NCBI GenBank assembly: GCA_010093605.1
Contig: MU004192.1
Coordinates: 876,882-940,881, forward strand
DNA length: 64,000 nucleotides
Origin: Lophium mytilinum
Taxonomy: Eukaryota
Reading direction: 5' to 3'
Under the pieces are notes generated by a model, which was not told the DNA's origin, did no database searches, and was given only the letters and a program-made list of their open reading frames with translations. The position numbers and the translations under genes are program-made. Positions 49,201 to 61,182 of this stretch are shown here, piece by piece; within the stretch, counting starts at the first letter, position 1, and each line of letters starts with the position of its first letter.

Positions 49201-49572
49201 CAGTATAACCTCGCTATAACAAATCTGGGATTCTCGGAAAAAATTCGTTACATAGAGAGTTCGTTAAGTGGTAATCTAACTAAGTTCCTAAAGGGCGTCC
49301 GAAGAGGGTCCAAGGTACCCTAAATACGGGATTTGTAAGTAGATTAGGGGTGGATACCGAAGATCCCACCCAAAATCCGCCCAAATACGGGGTTTCCAGG
49401 GTCAAAAAAAGGGGTTGCCATACATTTAATATAACGAATCCGGCTACTTTCTAATGAATTACGTAGTATTGAAAATTCGTTATTTCCCATACAAAAAAAA
49501 CTGGGATTAAGGTTTTGTTCGTTGTACCGCGAAATTCGTTACAGTAAGGTTCGTTATAGGGAGGTTATACTG
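49201..49572. mobile_element. Non-autonomous Tc1/mariner (pogo-like) MITE, 372 bp
   Basis: TA on both flanks (49199-49200, 49573-49574). TIRs CAGTATAACCTCGCTATAACAAA / reverse complement CAGTATAACCTCCCTATAACGAA. AT-rich interior with repeated TTCGTTA subterminal motifs and no ORF. Confidence 0.88.
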
Positions 49573-50166
49573 TAACCAACTCACCCCTGCCGAGCCGCAA
49601 GCCACCTTCCACTGGGGGTGATCCGACTCCAGAGAGCCCCACCAAAACTTTTATTGATTCAACGCCATCCCGCGTGTTATCTCTCACAATCCGTACGTAT
49701 CGTGGATCAAGGACCTCTTCCCACACGCTGGTCTCGTGGGTCGTCCCTGGCGACTGTTGTGTAACAGTCAGACAGTGCGGCCCAGCTTCAGCCAAAGCCT
49801 TCTCTCACTTGGACTGCAGAAGGCTGTTCGTTTACACGTCTACGTCGTCGAAGTCCTCGAAGCCTAAGCCGCGGGACGGCCAACGAAAGCTTATCCTTGC
49901 TGACACTGCATTGTCCGATGTGGCCCCCGGGCAGTGTTTGCTCCAAGGACGGGACTCGGCGAGTGTAGTGGTCGAACCTGCATGCCTGCAAAGTACTTAC
50001 ATAGAGCTAGCTCACCTTCATGTCAGTCCGATCTTTAAAAGTTTGATGTCGCGTCGATCACTTACGAGCTTTCACTTAGTCCTAACACCTTGACATTCCT
50101 TTCTCCAGATAGCTCTGCTATTTACCACTTCATCTCCATAGACATCAACTGAAGCTGTTGCATAAT

Positions 50167-51984
50167 ATGTCTTCTCTCAAAACCCTCGCTTGCCGGGTAG
50201 GCCTGTTGCTCTTGATGGCTCGCTCGGCTATGGCGGATTGCGAGTCTTTCGGCATGGATTTCCAAGATGGAGGTTCATACTTCCAGAATTCCCTATCTAG
50301 TGATCCATTCACGTTTGTGTCGCAGTTTGAAGGTGATTGACTTCGGGAGATCTCTTGACAAAGCGCTAACAACTTGTGAAGGTTGCGATAACGACACCGC
50401 GACAAATGTCTTCGTTGATCCGAATGGAGACCAATACCTTTGCACGGACACTGCTCTCCAACCGGATGATACGGACGAGCTCTCAACTTGGTAAGTCGTA
50501 AAATAACCCAGCTCGAATGCAAAGTGTTAATTGTCATAGCCCATTGAACAAAAACCAGTTATGGTCAGGTGCTTGGTCAGTGCTAATCCTCAGCAACAAC
50601 GGCAATGATGACCCAATCGCGTATGAGCGTGATTTTGAGCTATCTGTCGGGCCACAAAACACAAGCACCGTATGTTTCCCGATCTATGTCTTTGCAGACC
50701 TTTACTGACAAACAATGTAGTACACGCCCACAGGTATCTTGTCAAGCCTCCCAGGAAAAGAGCCGAAGGATGCTAACTCAACTAAGTGACCAATACTATC
50801 ACCACAACGCCAATCGTCAATAGTACCGTTACTACCACGGACACTTCAACATCAACTCTGGTCCCTGTGTATGGCATCCTGAGCGCCCTACTCTTCAAGC
50901 CTCAGTCCCGTGAGCTATGCTGAACATTTACAGGACTATAACTACCGCATCAGTAACCAAAAAGCCGACAACTACGTATGTTTTCCCGGTTGTAGTCTGC
51001 TGACCACGCTGACCTTTTGAAAGGGTGACGCCTAGCAAGGTTACCTCGACGACCACGAAGACTCTCTACACTTTCAAGCTTACAAAGTATACGTACGTGA
51101 TTGCTCCATTCCTGCTCGTCATCATTTGCTAAGCCCTCTGAAGCCTCTCAATCGCCAAAGCAACTAAAACGGTCACCGCTTCTTGTCTTGCGGCGACAAG
51201 AGCAACGACGGCTGATCCGACGTGCACAATCACACCGACCGTGGCTACAGCCGCCGCGATGTCGACCTCGGCGAAGAAGCTGTTCCGCCGTATCGACAAT
51301 AACGCAGGCGCGTTTGATATGGCTAAGTACCTCGAAGAACGCAAGGCGAGACTTGCGGCGAGAAACTTGGAGGGACGTGCTCCAGATGCACAGCCACTCG
51401 TGGTCACAGGTGCGCTTCATTGAAACCTCTCTAATTTCTCTTGAGCCCGTTGCTGACTAGTCCTAGATTCGTCCACCTCTGACTGGGTCACGGCAACGTC
51501 GACAAGGTAAGCGCAATAGAATGCATTATCACGCTCTAGAAGCTAACTATCCCAGCACTGCCCCAGCGACAACCATCACCTTGACCAGTAAGTAAACCCC
51601 ATCAATTTTGAACTAACCGTGTACTGACCCTTTTTTTTTCTCAGCCGGCGTTAGCACAACATCGACCCTAACACCAAGCCCAGTGACCGTGGCAAACGGT
51701 GTCACAGGTACGTCCATGCACCCTAAACCACTATAGCGTTCGCGCAACTAACTCCTCTAGTGCTCCCTGTCGTAACCGTAACCGCCCCAACGCCCACAAA
51801 GAGCAAGACTATCTACACCATCGCTTACTCTTACACAACCGTCACTCGCACTACCACGTAAGTCAAGCCTCCACGATCCTGCAAATCCGGAAGTTAACAG
51901 TCTCCCAGCTACACCATCAAATCGACCACGACGCCTGCATCAGTCAAAACAGCCTGCCGCAAGCACGGTGGCATCTTGTATTAG
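50167..51984 (+). CDS. Secreted Thr-rich protein with a Cys-containing N-terminal domain; about 12 introns
   Basis: Signal peptide MSSLKTLACRVGLLLLMARSAMA, then DCESFGMDFQDGGSYF..GC..YLCTDT..STCPLNKNQLWSGAWSVLILSNNG, many short Thr-rich exons, and the end KTACRKHGGILY*. Confidence 0.8.
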
Positions 51985-52404
51985 TTCTGGTTTCCTATTT
52001 CCTTAGATGACTTAATAGACGCAGAACGAGAGGAGGATCAAAAGCACGGAAAAGCTAATATGTTTCGACAAGATGGGTGGCAAAGTGTAGGATCCATAAT
52101 AATGCTATTGCAAGTAGAGAAGGCGACGAATATTTTAATACAGAGTTGGCTACCATACCTCATCAAAACCTTCTCCATATCTCCTTTCCCAACTACGTAT
52201 AGCGCGTAGTCGCCCACCTCGGCGCAACTAACGTCGTGATCGCCCCGAGCCGTGGCACTATCGCAACTCTATCCTGACCCCCAGCCTGCCTAGCAACCTC
52301 AACCCCAGATTTTCAATATTCCCGAACCAGCGCTAATCCTGGGCGGTGGGGTACCCGAGCTTCCGATCCTGGTCGGTCCCAGAACCAGAGACTCGCCCGG
52401 CAGC

Positions 52405-52428
52405 TGCGTCTGCGTCTGCGTCTGCGTC
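52405..52428. repeat. (TGCGTC)x4 microsatellite
   Basis: tgcgtc tgcgtc tgcgtc tgcgtc read directly from the sequence. Confidence 0.85.
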
Positions 52429-53177
52429 TTCACCGCCGACTCTACGGTTTGCGGGTGCGGGATCACTGCATGGGCATGCGTGCGGCTGGGCCACTGCTGC
52501 GTTGCGACATTGGGATACGACTGCGTCGACTGTGTTACCGGATGGTAGGCGAGGTGGTGTCGTCGCGAGTTGGGATTGTGAGGTCTTGCTGGTGGTCCAT
52601 CTCGTTGCAGGTTTGTCTTAGTAGCATCCGGAGATGTGTTGTTCTCCAGCAACATCTCTTTCCCTTTAAGCAGGTAGGAAGATGGCCAAAGATGAGAAAA
52701 GCGTATGAGGTAATGTTAATGTACACTTCTAAAGCACAATCGTCCATGTTATCTGGACCGCTCACGACAGTTACTAAGAACCTGACGGCCAAGACAACCA
52801 GGAGTTGCGGAAGTGATAGCGGGAGAACGTCTCACACTGCCATTCCAAGATCTCGATTAACAAAAGAATTAAACTCGCTGCATGCATTACTAGGATATCT
52901 GATAGTCCCACGGTCATCTCTCCATGTCGTCCAAAAGAAGAGTGTTCAGCACAAAAGGCAGCGATGTCCTCTTTCAGACCTAAAACCCCACCCAACGCCA
53001 GAAATGATTGATGCTTCTAGCAAGCCCAATGCGCTGGCCGAAGAAGCAGAGAAGAGTTTTGAAAGGGAACACGACGATTGTACCGTTAATCTATCGCAGT
53101 CCTCGCGCGCGCCGCATACCTAACACCTGACTCCACGGATTGATTCGTTGCATAGGAATCCACACGTCACGACTCGC

Positions 53178-55999
53178 TCACGACTGCGATGGCGTCCTAC
53201 CGAGCCCTTGTTTGGCCTAAAGTATTCGTTAGCATACAGTTGAGAATTCCGGGACTGCTAAAGCAGACGCGTCCCAAGCAAATGTCAACATACCTTCATC
53301 AACTCTATCCGGGCCTTCAAATTCTGCGTAACCTCCGCTGCACGCTTCCAGCTCTCCGCTCCGTTGGCAGCACCTCCAATCGTATCTGTAGGAGTCATTC
53401 GGCCCGCCGTGCCACTGCCCAACCTGCTCGATTGCGAGCTTCTCGCAGTAGCAGATGGCGCCGTTCGCTCCCGACTGATTCTGGGACTCTGTTTCGCATC
53501 TCTCTGTGCTGTGAAGTTATCCGAATCGACATTCTCCTTGCCTTCATCGCTCGGGCTCCGTGACTTGACTGCTGCACGGTGTCGACCATACACAGCCCCG
53601 CCGTAGCCTGAGTCTCCAAAGCGGCCTCCAGCACCGCCGTTGGCACCGGTCTCGGCATATATCGCGTCGCTGAAATCCTGTGGCGGGGGGCTCGATACCC
53701 GCACCTGGCGACTAAGCTCACGCTTCAAACGGTCCATCTCGCGCTGCTGATTCTGGACTGTTTGCTCTGCAGACTCGTAATCGCTTCTCGCGCGGACCAG
53801 CTGTGTTTCTTTCGCCTTGATCGAGAGTACGTCCCTCGTGTGGTCTTCGATGAGCTGGGCGTTCTGGTTTTGGAGTTCATGGACTTGAGAGGTTAATCTC
53901 GTTCGTTCGGACCGCCACTCTTCGTGTTGACGACGGAGGTGCTCAACCTCACCGCGTAGTTCTTCGAGCTCGGCGCGCTCAACGGCAGCGAGACCATTAT
54001 TGTGTGGAGGAGGCGCTGCGTACTCGGCTGGTGGCGGTGCGGGCTTGCCTAGTGGTCTTCCTGCGAGGCCGCGACCGGCAAGACCGAGTTTGGGTTGTGG
54101 GGGTGGTGCGGACTCTTCGGGTGGAGGCGAGACGACTGCTCGTCTTGGAGATGGAGCCCCAATACCCGAGCCCTTATTCGGTTGCCTGAGACCACCTTTT
54201 GGAGGGGCAAGGCCAGATTTCGGTGCCATTTTGGAGACACCAGAACGGGCAGTTGGCTGTGGTGCCAGAGGCGCCGCTGGCTCTTCCACTGGCGGCGGTG
54301 GTGCTGCGGCGCGCGGTGCAGGGCGTTTGGCGGCAGCTGCAGCAGCATTCGCCTTCTTTTGTCCAAACATCTTTTTCTGAGCGGGAGCGGCAGCGGCAGC
54401 TTTTGGAGGTGGAGCAGCGGCCTTTGGCTTGTACTTCGCCTTGACCTCCGCTGTCTCATGGTACTCTTTGATCTTTGTTTTCCGGATTTCGTCCATACCT
54501 TCTAGATGTACCAGCATGAGTCTATCGCCCATGATCTTCCAAAGCGTACCAAGAACCTCTGCACCTGCAGATCGCAGTGTTTCCACTGACTCGGTAAGAA
54601 GTTTTGTCGACGCCTCTGCCATCGACTTTACTTCTGGCAGTTGTGGGGCTTCGCGTGTTGTTTTGAGACATCTGATGAGGAAGAGAGTCGACTGGAGCTT
54701 GACCTGTGGATTCTTGTGCTTCATAAACTCCAAAATTTCCTCGAGACAATCTGATAATTTTGTCGCCATGAAAACAGCATCCAGCGCGGCCGCAATAGCG
54801 TCCGTGACCGATTGCTTCTTTTCCTTCAATCTCTCCATCATTGGGCCCATAACAGTTGACCTGTATTTACCAAAGTTCTTTTTCAAGCCCTTTGCAAATG
54901 CCTCTACGCAGTTTGCAGCAATCGTGACTACTGCAATATTTGCGTCCTTCATGCTCTTCGCAAATCCGTTCATGTACTCGTTGAAATTTGCGTCCTGGAT
55001 TGCTGGATGGTTGATGGCCTTATGGAGTTCTTCTAAAGCTTCTTTGCGGTCTTTCCATTTGGATGAGGCTAGTCGGTCTCCGAAGTTAGCGGGTATTGCT
55101 GGCATGACATCAATGGGATTAAACTCCGGCTCCAGATCAATAGCCGCCTCTTCTTCATACTCTTCCTCTTCCTCTGCAGCTGCGACTGGTGCTGACTCTT
55201 TGATAGCCTGCTGGGAACGTAGAAGCCGCTCTTGCTTTGGCGGTGGTTCGTCCTTGACCTTTTCGAACAGCTTGTCCAGATCTTGTTGCTGGATAGGTTT
55301 CAGGTCATTCCAGAAAAGGGGCTTCATAGCTTCCTTGAGCCATCTGTAAAACTCGACACACAGGTTCTGCGACTCGGCGCGCACATTCTTGTCCGCATGG
55401 CCGAAGAGCTTGGGCAAGGCCTTCAGCACTGGCTTCGGCTCGATTGTCTTGACGCCATATGCATGGTACATCGACGTTAGTGCGGACAGTGTCGCGGCGA
55501 TGATCTTTGGCTGTTTGTGAGAGAGCATTGGGAGGAGCTCCTCGATAATTGGTTCGGCCTTGTCGAGCTCGATTAATAGCATAAGGGCTTCGAGGGCCTT
55601 CTGTTTCGCTGCCGGGCGGGTAGCGGCGAGTCCCTTTTCAACGATAGGAGCTATGGTGTGGCTTCGCGTCCTGTACAAATATAAGAATACAGTCGTCTAG
55701 ACATCCGTCCCTTTCAATCGAGCTTACCGTGTGCAGCCTTTTTCTCCAGCGATCTGTAGAAAGGAGCAATATGCGCCTAAGCCTTCTTGTTGTGCGGCCA
55801 CGTTTGAGTCGCCTACCACGCCTTTCCATATTCCAGAATCTTGAATAAACTGTTTGACCAGCGGATCGGCTTCGCTCTGGGCTATATCAAACTCTTTGGC
55901 AGCGGCTTCATATCCTTCTTTCCGAACCTTCCAGTTCTTGTGGGTGAAGCGGTCTGGTAGCGGAAGGGCGCTGAAGTCCTCAGGCTCGGCGTCTGCCAT
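53178..55999 (-). CDS. STU2: XMAP215/Stu2/Alp14 microtubule polymerase (2 TOG domains + coiled coil)
   Basis: MADAEPEDFSALPL.DRFTHKNWKVRKEGYE (TOG1), DSNVAAQ, SSKWKDRKEALE (TOG2), KDANIAVV, a basic linker and a coiled coil. Introns about 55727-55672 and 53293-53217. Ends AKQGLGRTPSQS*. Confidence 0.93.
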
Positions 56000-56830
56000 G
56001 GTGAGTCTGGGTGTAGACTTCTTCGATTCGGGGCTATTCGGTGGAGGGTGTTTGGAGTCAGGGCTTCTTGGAGACGATGAGAGGCCTAGTCGTGAAGTTA
56101 GTCGACGGAGCCAGCGCCTGCGCATGGTGATAGGAGGTAATAAGATGCAAAAGACCTGTTGGCCATATGGGTGTAGAGTGTTTGGGGAGGGAGTCAGAGA
56201 AGGCGCAATTCACATACAACTGTGGTGGTGCTATAAAGCAATGTCGACGCAAAGCAGTGGGGCCAGTGCGTCTGGCGGGCAGCGGCAGAGATGGTGAAAA
56301 GTATGCGACAGTAGATGCAACAATACAAAGCGCAGAGGATATGGGTATCACGAGAGCGAGACTGGTGAAAGGCGATGGGTAGGTAGAAAGGTAGTGAGGT
56401 GGGATGTGGAGGAGGTGGGTCGGTGCGAGAGTCCCGCCAGCGAAGTAAACAACGTCTTTTCTGGGGCAACCTAACTGCCCGCGATATCATCGAAGCCACG
56501 GCCGCCCACACACTGCCAAAACACGCCGCCAGCAGCCGGCCTCGCGCGTCTCAGCACCCCGAATTGACCGCTGACCTTCTTCCAGAGTGCACACAGGCAT
56601 CACGTGTGTCTCCGCCGATTGCCCCGCCTCTGCGCTGCCGACGAGACGAGGAATTGCCCCCTGCAACCTCCGCCAAGACACATAAACCAGCGGATATCCA
56701 GGCGACTTTCTGACACAGGGCGCCCACCGTCGCTGAAAGTGGAGCAGGAAGACTCTAACGCCTTCAAGAAGTCTCTCGCCCTTCAAGCGCACCGTCTGGA
56801 AGCTCGCCGGATGAGCACACGCCCGCCGCG

Positions 56831-58313
56831 ATGAGCCAGATCCTGACTCCGCGGCAAGCAGAGGAGCTGTGCGGCCTCCCCCCTTTGCTGAAGTGGACAC
56901 TGCTGACACTGGTACAGTCATAAAGCCTTGATAGCATACCTCTCCTCCGCCAATCTCCCATCCACAGCAGCAGCCCTCCGCGAAGAGCTCAGCATAGGGG
57001 ACAGTTTTGACGACGCAACACGGAAGAAATATGAGGGCATACTCGAGAAGAAATGGACCAGCGTGGTGCGATTGCAGAAAAGGGTACGGTTCTTCCACAT
57101 ATGAAGCTGTCTCAATGCTCATCCACCCTAGATAATGGAGCTCGAATCCCGCAACAATAGCCTCCAAGCCGAGCTCGACTCCGCAACCCCCACATCGCTC
57201 CTTCGAAGGAATCAAGACCCTGCCAGTTGGCTCCCTCGGTCTCCCGCTCGCCATACGCTTCAGTCGCATCGCCAGCCCATTACCTGCGTAGCATTTCATC
57301 CTATCTTTTCCTCCCTTGCTTCCGGCTCTGAAGACACCACAATAAAGATCTGGGACTGGGAACTCGGCGAACTTGAGCGAACTGTGAAAGGCCACACGAA
57401 AGGCGTGTTAGACGTGGATTTTGGTGGACCTCGGGGTGGTACTCTCCTCGCCTCGTGTTCCAGCGACCTCACAATCAAGCTATGGGACCCCTCGGATGAC
57501 TATAAAAACATCCGCACGCTTCCCGGCCACGACCACTCAGTCTCCGCTATTCGATTCATTCCGAGCGGAGCTGCTGGCGCCCCCTCCTCCGGTAACCTCC
57601 TTGTTTCTGCCTCGCGAGACAAGTCTCTTCGGATATGGGACGTCACCACAGGATACTGCGTCAAAACCATTCGTGGCCATGCCGACTGGGTCCGCGACGT
57701 GACTCCTTCCTTCGACGGCCGCTGGCTCGTCTCTGCCGGCAATGACCAGACTGCTCGCTTATGGGATGCTGCCTCGGGCGATGCTAAATGCGTTTTCATC
57801 GGCCACGAGCATGTCGTCGAGTGTGTGGCTCTCGCCCCACCGCGGTCGTACCCTCATCTCGCTGCCCTAGCCGGTCTCAAGAAGCCTCCTCCAGCCTCAA
57901 GCTCCGCCGAATTCGTAGCGACCGGCTCAAGAGACAAAACTATCAAGCTATGGGATGGCCGCGGTACGCTGATTAAGACACTCATCGGCCACGACAATTG
58001 GATACGCGGCCTCGTGTTTCACCCCGGCGGGAAGTACCTCCTCAGTGCCAGTGACGACAAGACCATTCGTTGCTGGGACCTTACCCAAGAAGGACGGTGT
58101 GTGAAGACTGTTGAGGATGCGCACGGACACTTTGTGAGCTGCATCCGCTGGGCACCGAGTGTGGTCAAAGACGCGCCTGTAAATGGCGACACAAATGGGA
58201 GCGTTGCCGTAAATGGATCAGCGAAGAAGGAAGACCCGACTGGTAAACTGAACATCCGGTGCGTGATTGCGACCGGGAGCGTGGATTTAAATGTGCGTGT
58301 GTTTGCGTCGTGA
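56831..58313 (+). CDS. nudF: LIS1/NudF/Pac1 dynein regulator (LisH + coiled coil + WD40)
   Basis: [53 protein letters not shown], followed by WD40 repeats. Two short introns. Confidence 0.95.
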
Positions 58314-59518
58314 GATTGGGGACAAGTACCGGACAGATCAATATCTCGGCGAAGAGGTGCCTGGGTGCTTTTAGATGGGTGGGTTCATCACAGTCTTCGA
58401 TACCCGTGCGTGGCTTTGCGTTTGTTCTCTATATGGCGAATGAATCTACTTGGAGTTCTCCTTTTCAGAGCATAGTATAGCATACCCACTCGGCGTCTGG
58501 GACAGGAGACACGACGCCATGGCTACACGACGGATCGCCAGCAGCTAGGGTGCGTACAAGGCAGATAGCCAAATAAAAGGTGCACAATTCAGTCGACCCG
58601 GGTGTGGGGCAATGTGGAGCTTGTATTAGGCACCCAAGTCAATGTGAAACTCGATGCCATGCTCCGCTGCCTGACAGCTATTAAGCAGCCAGCGGCCTCC
58701 TTCCCTGGAGCCGTCATTGGTCGTCTTTGAGTCGTTTTTATTCTTCTCAGTCAGAAAGCTGCGTCGTTAGCCGTGCAACACTTCGCTGGCAGCATATATT
58801 AATATTGGTGGTGCTCCTCCACAGTCCCCACCACACAGCGAGCTCTAGGCACTGGTAGCACAGGCGTTCAATTGCTCAGTTCTCAAAATGGGTATGCATG
58901 GTGCCAAAGATAGTAACCATGTGGGGAGGAAGAGCAGACTATGTACGCACTTACAACAACGCAACTGACTTCTAGCACCCGCTCATTGGCTATAGGCTTC
59001 GGAGAATAGGAAACGCTCGGCCTTCGAATCGGAACATTGGGATACCATGACTCGAGGGGGACAAATTTGTCGAAAGCAATTGATTCCCGCAGCTCAACAC
59101 CCCAGATACTCGACGACTTCCAGCCCATTCGCCCCAGGTTCTCGCGGCCACCAATAGCAGCTGCAATGGCCGTCCGCGCCACGAACTCACCGCTCTGTGA
59201 CGACATGCCTGCGATGCTGGAAATGCTGGGGAAAGTCAACAAGCCCGGCGGGTCATGACTTTAGCGACGGCGACAACTCATCCCACGTACATAAGCTCGC
59301 GATGCTAAACCAGCACTCTACCCAAACCGCCGTTCCGCGTCATGTATCATGTACGCCGTCACCGCCTGTCTAGTCTAATACATTCGCCGTCTGATTGTGT
59401 TCTCGGCTGCTCCACCACCTTCGCCGTCTGAGCCTCACCTGCACCCCATCGCCACCCCTCTGTTCGCAAACTTGTCTTCGCCAGCATGCTCTCGCCGCGC
59501 CAGTAAACCCCACTCGCA

Positions 59519-60285
59519 ATGGATGCGGCCCCAAACTGTGCCATATGCAATGCGCCTGCATACCCCGAGTGCCCGTGCGAGTCGGAGCGCCTCCAGATCG
59601 CCGTGAAGCAAGCAGAGGCACGGGCGATGGACTCGCGCTTGGCCGAGATTCGGTGGGTAACAGCTCACCGCACGCAAAGTATCACCAACCTGACGTATGT
59701 TGTGGCAGGGACTGGGTCATCTCGCACGCTCGGAAGCACATTCTGAACGCCTTCGAGCGCCTCACCTCGACCCGAAAGCAGGCGCATGCTGCGTACCTGG
59801 CCTCGCTGCCCAACTACTCCATCTACATGCAATATTCGGGCCACCCGCCGCTCCACCCGTTCCTGCTTGGTCAACTTCAGGCGCAGATCTCTGAGGCGCA
59901 CGCTGAGCTGAAGCGGGGGATTGACGCCGACTGGCGCGCCTCGGTGGTGCGGTATCCGGAGGTCCTAGACTACTTCTACAGCCTTGTCGAGGTGCGGCTC
60001 CCTAGCGATCGGGCCCAGGGCGTGTCACAGCCCCCATTTGCAGTATCGGGGTACGTGGATAAAGGCTATGAGCTGTCGACTACTACCAAAGAGAAGAAGA
60101 AGAGCAGGAGAGACCGGGACGCTTCATCCCCACCTGAGCGGGACAGACGATCGAGACGAGAGCCTACTAAGGAGGACCATTCATACACTGTGGTAGGAAG
60201 AACAAGAGTCCCACCCATGGTTCCCACGCCGCCGATTCAGCCCGGGTACGGCGGATATCCTCCTGGAGGCAGTTACAGGTACTGA
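59519..60285 (+). CDS. Uncharacterised fungal protein with an N-terminal CxxC..CxC motif
   Basis: MDAAPNCAICNAPAYPECPCESERL..EIR | DWVISHARKHIL..DWRASVVRYPEVLDYFYSLV. One intron about 59654-59709. Confidence 0.8.
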
Positions 60286-61182
60286 CGAACCCTCAAGTAA
60301 CATGCGTCGTTAAACGGCAGGGCTGTCAGTCCATTCGCAAGGCTTCGAAACCCATTCAAATAAGCCATGTTGACGAATGATGAGCAATCCGATATCACAC
60401 ACACAAAGTGCCCTCGATTTCTCTCAAGAAGTATCTGCTCTCCCTCTTAGTGTCAGAACGAGGAACGGCCAGATGAAAAGAGAAGTACCATGCTTTCACG
60501 AATACGACCACGGTTACCGAATATCCTCTATCCCGAGTCTAACCTAAAACGGCGGTTTGCTTGCTTTTCGACACCCCTTCGAATAATAACTCTATGCAAG
60601 TGCTGAGATGAAGAGCACAGAGTAACGAGACGACATAACGACATTGGATATCACTCATTGGGCGGTGTTTGGATTGGGGCTCGGTTATCGGCGGCCATCT
60701 CAGGTCTTCACTCTCAATTCTGTTTACGCGCTTGATTTTTCTGGAGCAGAGCGATGGGATGGTCTACTCATTTGGCGGCTCCTGGTCTTACACCAGGGAA
60801 TCATCGCAACTCATCATAGCGGGGAGTTCCACCAGGCTGGCTGGTATAGATAATAACCTGGATCCATACTTCACTTAGTACCACCTGAAACCACCTAATT
60901 TATCCCGAAGAGTTAGAAACCACAGCTTTAGTCCGCCTGATAGCTCTCTAGCCACCTCGGACAGAGTTAGAATGGACTTCTACTTGAGTTCGACGAAGCG
61001 TGAAACCCCACATTTCATAGTAAAATGGAATTAGACGACATCAAAATGGGCCGTGCACAGCTGGCGCTAAGTCCGCTCCGCCCGTATCCAGCGATGGATG
61101 ACGATTAGCGATTACCTATCTTTCCTAAATCCACTGTGTCCCAACCGGTTCTCCCATCCATCCTCAATTCTCCTCAATCTAC

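Noticed and set aside
52299..53123. Short ORFs between the secreted-protein gene and the STU2 3' end
   Set aside because: No consistent spliced model could be built; may be 3' UTR or a small orphan gene, so it is not called.
54429..55349. 306-aa + strand ORF
   Set aside because: Antisense to the STU2 TOG domains.
56487..57395. 302-aa minus ORF
   Set aside because: Antisense to nudF/LIS1 and its leader; unstructured-looking translation.
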